Below are positions 63,300-64,000 of a stretch of 64,000 bases of DNA, piece after piece. The stretch is from positions 1 through 64,000 of the forward strand of contig QPGO01000052.1 in assembly GCA_008632985.1 (NCBI GenBank), in the 5' to 3' direction. Each line of letters opens with the position of its first letter. The first letter of the stretch is position 1. This stretch comes from Psammoneis japonica. Taxonomy: Eukaryota. The translations under genes were made by a program, and so were the position numbers. Below the pieces are notes generated by a model. It was given only the letters and a program-made list of their open reading frames with translations, did not search any database and was not told where the DNA came from.

Positions 63300-64000
63300 C
63301 ATGCATCACATGTCAAATCAACAAAAAAAGACCAGATCCATGTTTTGAGTGCTGTCGCTCCTTTGCCACCAGCTGGGCTGGCGCCAGCTGACCCACACTT
63401 CCAGCACACCATTGATTGTGGCAGAAGCTCATGGGGATCAGCCAGAATGGACATCACCTCACAGTGACGCCCCACTGAAATAACCAGCAACAGAGCAAGT
63501 GTCACAAAGCATGGAGTTCTTCATTTTCTTGAGGCTTTCTCTCATGCATGGTTTTGCCACAGCAGTGCAGTTCATTGTCCATGAGGTGGAGTGGGACATG
63601 TGATCTTCCACCAAGTCCAGCAGCACATCTCTGTGAGGTGCTCCTGTTTTTTGTTGCACATTGCCGTGAGTTTGGCTTCCACTTGTTTGCACTGAGATGA
63701 TTTCCTGGTGTCTGCATCACATGACCATGCACCTCTTTGTCATGCTCTTCCCACAACTCCCGCCAGGATTTCCAAGTGCAGGCTCCGATCTGCACTGCCC
63801 AAATGGGAGGTGAGTGATTCTCCTTGTGACACTTTTCCAGCAGTCCTGTGCTGCAAAGATGCATTTCTTGAAAAGTGTTCCAAAGAGTGGAAAAATGATG
63901 GTTGAAAACTCGATGCCAACCCATGTCAGACTGGGCTCTCCACAAAGGACGCAACATTGGGGCAATGTTGTCATTGCATGTCATCTCTCACCTTGAGACC
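63300..64000 (-). mobile_element. Decayed 3' end of a LINE related to the 11-13 kb element
   Basis: AQSDMGW...PPIWAVQIGACTWKSWRELWEEHDKEVHG parallels PPSWTVQMGSFMWKQWQSLWEEHNHHAHG at ~11400. Confidence 0.7.

Overview
Eukaryotic nuclear DNA, most likely a pennate diatom (inferred from compact genes with about 60-95 bp GT-AG introns, a bipartite-like targeting peptide and diatom-type retroelements). Islands of about 11 ordinary host genes (CYTH, WDR55, two Methyltransf_16 enzymes, a GRAM/VASt protein, INTS6, FemAB-like GNAT, dUTPase, Ric-8, RPC3, GT32) plus two hypothetical ORFs alternate with blocks of decayed repeats. A nearly complete ~9.1 kb tyrosine-recombinase retrotransposon with split direct repeats (A1-ORFs-B1-A2-B2, PAT/Ngaro type) lies at ~30609-39732. 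The main signal is a mutational one. All repeat blocks, and one decayed copy of a cellular gene, have lost TpA through TA->TG and TA->CA changes (A>G on either strand). This turns conserved Tyr into Cys/His and erases TAA/TAG stops, and it is directly visible between the element's own repeat copies. It looks like a repeat-targeted hypermutation process running opposite to fungal RIP. Conversely, several upstream regions carry TpA-rich islands with a shared motif. Counts quoted are hand counts; family assignments come from motif recognition, not database searches.
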